Source: a virus (taxonomy: Duplodnaviria; Heunggongvirae; Uroviricota; Caudoviricetes). Taken from it: DNA of 64,000 nucleotides. Below, piece after piece: positions 61,128 to 64,000 of the stretch; the first letter of the stretch is position 1, and the number at the start of each line of letters is the position of its first letter. The position numbers and the translations under genes were made by a program. The notes under the pieces were generated by a model that saw nothing but the letters and a program-made list of their open reading frames with translations, was not told the origin of the DNA and did not search any database. Where the stretch lies: IMG/VR virus record IMGVR_UViG_3300043395_001986, positions 1 to 64,000 of that record; one strand, given 5' to 3'.

Positions 61128-61981
61128 TGAAACCAAAATTAGTTACTGTCACAGGGCATAGAACAAATACATTATGGCATCAACTAAACCATTATAAAGA
61201 TATGGTTAGTGATATTTTTGTTATTACATATGAAAACGAAGATTCTCCAAAAAATATAAAAGGAGAAGTTGAATATATTTGCAAACAATTTGGAATTACA
61301 CCACATACTGTCAGAACACATAGACCTTTTGATTGGGAATATGTAACACAATTATATAATGAAACAAAAATGTTACACCCAAATGATTGGTGGATTGTAT
61401 CAGATGATGACGAGTTTCAAATATATAATGATTTAGTTGAAAACATAATTGATGAGTGTGAAGAATTTGGATATAAATTTGTAACGGGTGGATTTATAGA
61501 TAGAATTGGGTTTAATGGTGATTTTCCAAAAATAAAAGAGAAAGAAGACATTTGGAAGCAATTTCCAATGGCTGGATTTTTTCGATATCCAATGAGTGGA
61601 GCGTGTCCAAATAAAGTTACCTTAATGAAAGGATGGATAGAACTTACACCTGGACAGCATTATGCAAAAATAGATGGTCAAACAACTTGGAGATGGCAAG
61701 GTTGGAACCACCCACTTCGATATCCAGTAGATAGAAACTTTACGCAAGTGCATCATTTTAAATGGGATTCAACCGTCGTAGATAGATTGCAAGATGTTGC
61801 AAATATTGGTAAAGTTTATGCATTTTCAAAAGAATATAAAGAAATGTATGAAGCATTAAAAGAAAATAATTTTATGCTTGATATTTATGATAAGAAATAT
61901 ATGTTTGAAGAAGTAAATAAAATTGGATATCACTACTATAAAAGTTGGGGTAAACTTTCTAAAATAATTCAATCAATATAA
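61127..61981 (+). CDS. GT-A (GT2/GT92-like) glycosyltransferase
   Basis: WWIVSDDDEF, GQH, VHHFKW. Confidence 0.7.
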   Translation: MKPKLVTVTGHRTNTLWHQLNHYKDMVSDIFVITYENEDSPKNIKGEVEYICKQFGITPHTVRTHRPFDWEYVTQLYNETKMLHPNDWWIVSDDDEFQIYNDLVENIIDECEEFGYKFVTGGFIDRIGFNGDFPKIKEKEDIWKQFPMAGFFRYPMSGACPNKVTLMKGWIELTPGQHYAKIDGQTTWRWQGWNHPLRYPVDRNFTQVHHFKWDSTVVDRLQDVANIGKVYAFSKEYKEMYEALKENNFMLDIYDKKYMFEEVNKIGYHYYKSWGKLSKIIQSI

Positions 61982-62013
61982 TTTGTTTATTTGAAATAAA
62001 TTCGTTACATTTG
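61982..62013 (+). promoter_or_regulatory. Bacteroidota sigma-A-type promoter
   Basis: TTTG(61982-85)-N20-TACATTTG(62006-13), 4 nt before ATG 62018. Confidence 0.7.
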
Positions 62014-62017
62014 TAAA

Positions 62018-63508
62018 ATGGAAAATAAAAGATTAGGTCTAATAGTTCCGTGGAGAGGAGATTACCAAGACCTTCATAAGTTTTTAGGTCATATAGAATA
62101 TTTCTTAAATAATAAAGAGATAAATTATAAATTCTATATAATTGAACAGGTTGATAAAAAACCTTTCAATTATGGTGCGTTGTGCAATACTGGCTATGAA
62201 TTGGCAAAAGATGAATGTGATTATTTTATTTTCCACAGCCCTTATTTTATTCCAGTTGATGATACATGTGATTATTCTTATTCCACAAAAGTTCAACATC
62301 TATCATCGGTAGTAGATGCATTTGGATATAAAAAACCATATGCAGAATGGATAGGTGGTGCAATAAAATTTACACACGAAACATTTGAAGAAGTAAACGG
62401 ATATTCTGATGAATATTGGGGAATAGGTATGGAAGATGTTGATATGTTGTATAGATTAAATCGTAAAAAATTAGTAAGAAATAAAAAATATTTTAATATT
62501 GATATGCTTAAAGAGCATGATTTATTTGATATAAATGAAATTTCAAATCTAAAAAAAGTAAGTTTAACATATTTTGATTTTGATAAAAAATATAAATCAT
62601 GTATGATTAAATCAACAAAAAATACAAAATATGTTTTTCAAGATAGTTTTACTATTGATATGTTTTTGTATGTAGATAGAAATAAAAACTACGATAGTTT
62701 TATTTTTGGAAAACAAGGTTATAACGCCGGCATCTTTTTTAAAGATAACAAAGCATTGAATTTACAATTATGGAATAGTGATGGTAAGGTATGTGAAGTT
62801 TGGTATGAGAATTTTAATTTATTAGAAAGGTGGATGAAAATAACTATGAAATTTGATTTTGATGCACAACATCTTTGGTTATATGTCGATGGTCTACCAG
62901 TAGCAAGTAATTCATTTAATGGTGAAGTATTTGATTATACAGATAAAGATATTTGGATTGGTAGTTTAGCATTCAATCATCAATTTTCTGGTAAAGTTTC
63001 AAACATATTGGTATTTGACTACGCATTATCGGATTCGGAAATATTAAACTTATATAAACAAAATTATATAAACGAAACCGGTAATATTGTAACGAGAGAA
63101 AAGGCAATTATTGATATTCCATTTTCTAAAAAATATAAAGATTTTTATATTGATATGGGATTATATGAATCGCATGTAAGAGATTTATCCGCAACAAAAG
63201 AAGATAATACAAAAACAGAATTAATATCATTAAATTATGATTATAATTTTCCAGAAGAAACACCTGGAAAATACAAATGTTTAGATGTAGATAGAATGAA
63301 TGACTTCAAAAATATTTGGAGATGGTCTGGTAATGTGGATTTAGAAGAAAACAAACATATATTTTTTAATGATGTACTACCATCAAAAACTTATTTTAAA
63401 AAAGTTGGATTATCATCATTGGAATTTAAAAAAGAAAACGAATTTTATCCAAAAGGAGAAGATGGGATGGATAGAAAAAATGTAGAAATATATCAAATTA
63501 AACTATAA
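62018..63508 (+). CDS. GT7 (beta-1,4-galactosyltransferase-like) protein with inserted LamG domain
   Basis: IVPWR, EQ..KPFN, NGYSDEYWGIGMED; LYVDG...IGS...FSG...FDYALS. Confidence 0.8.
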   Translation: MENKRLGLIVPWRGDYQDLHKFLGHIEYFLNNKEINYKFYIIEQVDKKPFNYGALCNTGYELAKDECDYFIFHSPYFIPVDDTCDYSYSTKVQHLSSVVDAFGYKKPYAEWIGGAIKFTHETFEEVNGYSDEYWGIGMEDVDMLYRLNRKKLVRNKKYFNIDMLKEHDLFDINEISNLKKVSLTYFDFDKKYKSCMIKSTKNTKYVFQDSFTIDMFLYVDRNKNYDSFIFGKQGYNAGIFFKDNKALNLQLWNSDGKVCEVWYENFNLLERWMKITMKFDFDAQHLWLYVDGLPVASNSFNGEVFDYTDKDIWIGSLAFNHQFSGKVSNILVFDYALSDSEILNLYKQNYINETGNIVTREKAIIDIPFSKKYKDFYIDMGLYESHVRDLSATKEDNTKTELISLNYDYNFPEETPGKYKCLDVDRMNDFKNIWRWSGNVDLEENKHIFFNDVLPSKTYFKKVGLSSLEFKKENEFYPKGEDGMDRKNVEIYQIKL

Positions 63509-63512
63509 AATT

Positions 63513-63806
63513 ATGGCAACATCAAAAAAAGAAACTGAAAAAAATGTAGAATCTACATCAGTAGCATTATTAGAAGAAAGAAAAGTTAAAGCATTGGAAA
63601 AAATAGCCAAATCACTGGATGCATTAACATCTTGGGTTGAAGATATAGATAAGGCAGAATGGAGCGAAAGAATCCAGTATTATTTATATGAGTTCTTAAA
63701 TAAAGACCAATCCAAATCGTATAGACAAGATAAGAATACTAAAACACAAGAAGAAGATACAGAAGAAGCAGAATTTGTAAGACCAACTCGTAGAATAGTT
63801 GAATAA
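63513..63806 (+). CDS. hypothetical protein
   Basis: 97-aa ORF. Confidence 0.6.
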   Translation: MATSKKETEKNVESTSVALLEERKVKALEKIAKSLDALTSWVEDIDKAEWSERIQYYLYEFLNKDQSKSYRQDKNTKTQEEDTEEAEFVRPTRRIVE

Positions 63807-64000
63807 TGAAATTAGGAGTAATCGTACCATATAGAGATAGAGAAGAACATCTTAATATTTTTAAGAAAGAGTTTTGTGCTTTTTTAGAGCAAAAATCTAT
63901 TCCGTTTGAACTTATCATTGTAGAACAATATGATGATAAACCATTTAATAGAGGAAAGCTTTTAAATATAGGTGCTATGAAGGCATCTGAAATCGGATGT
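63806..64000 (+). CDS. GT7 galactosyltransferase-like, 3'-truncated by the window end
   Basis: Hand translation MKLGVIVPYRDREEHL...IVEQYDDKPFNRGKLLNIG. Confidence 0.85.
   Translation, partial: MKLGVIVPYRDREEHLNIFKKEFCAFLEQKSIPFELIIVEQYDDKPFNRGKLLNIGAMKASEIGC

Noticed and set aside
4142-62299. All minus-strand ORFs in the track
   Set aside because: They are short, lie entirely or almost entirely opposite well-supported + strand genes, and show no motifs; treated as shadows.
1-64000. Stop-codon reassignment, as in some large phages
   Set aside because: Genes are full length and tightly packed under code 11, and TAA, TAG and TGA all end genes.
1-64000. CRISPR arrays, tRNAs, rRNAs, IS elements
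   Set aside because: Intergenic gaps are too short and I saw no repeat-spacer or cloverleaf pattern or transposase; a tRNAscan/Infernal run would confirm.
1-64000. Cellular or NCLDV origin
   Set aside because: Baseplate, tail fibre, phage sigma factor and bacterial-type promoters support a tailed bacteriophage.

Overview
This is a very AT-rich, gene-dense window, coded on the + strand in the standard genetic code, from a large tailed phage that is probably myovirus-like. It carries gp25/gp6/gp5-like baseplate genes, an S74-chaperoned tail fibre, a phage sigma factor, primase, a T7-like endonuclease I and a fused Mre11-Rad50 (SbcD-SbcC). Promoters matching TTTG-N19/20-TAnnTTTG point to a Bacteroidota host. 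About half of the window encodes tailoring and auxiliary enzymes: GT10-like, GT2, GT4-like and GT7 glycosyltransferases, sulfotransferases, CysC, 2OG-Fe(II) oxygenases, a flavin halogenase, a radical SAM enzyme, a carbamoyltransferase, methyltransferases, IscU/IscA, Def, Hsp20 and UvsE. The most striking region is 8.5-17.1 kb. Its central 497-aa protein combines a circularly permuted ATP-grasp-like domain, a Hint domain that appears able to cleave only at its C-terminus (HN|S), and a 30-aa peptide with 9 Cys and 2 Trp. Ten surrounding proteins, plus three further upstream, end in a shared basic + (S/T/N/K/E)-L/F-I/L-COOH tag. This looks like a possibly undescribed phage RiPP-like or protein-modification system with a common C-terminal docking signal. 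A second hidden pattern is a strongly repeated [S/T]-x-S (SGS/TGS/SAS) motif in several virion proteins and in the Hint protein, which may be a modification sequon. All functional calls come from motif recognition by eye; no searches were run.
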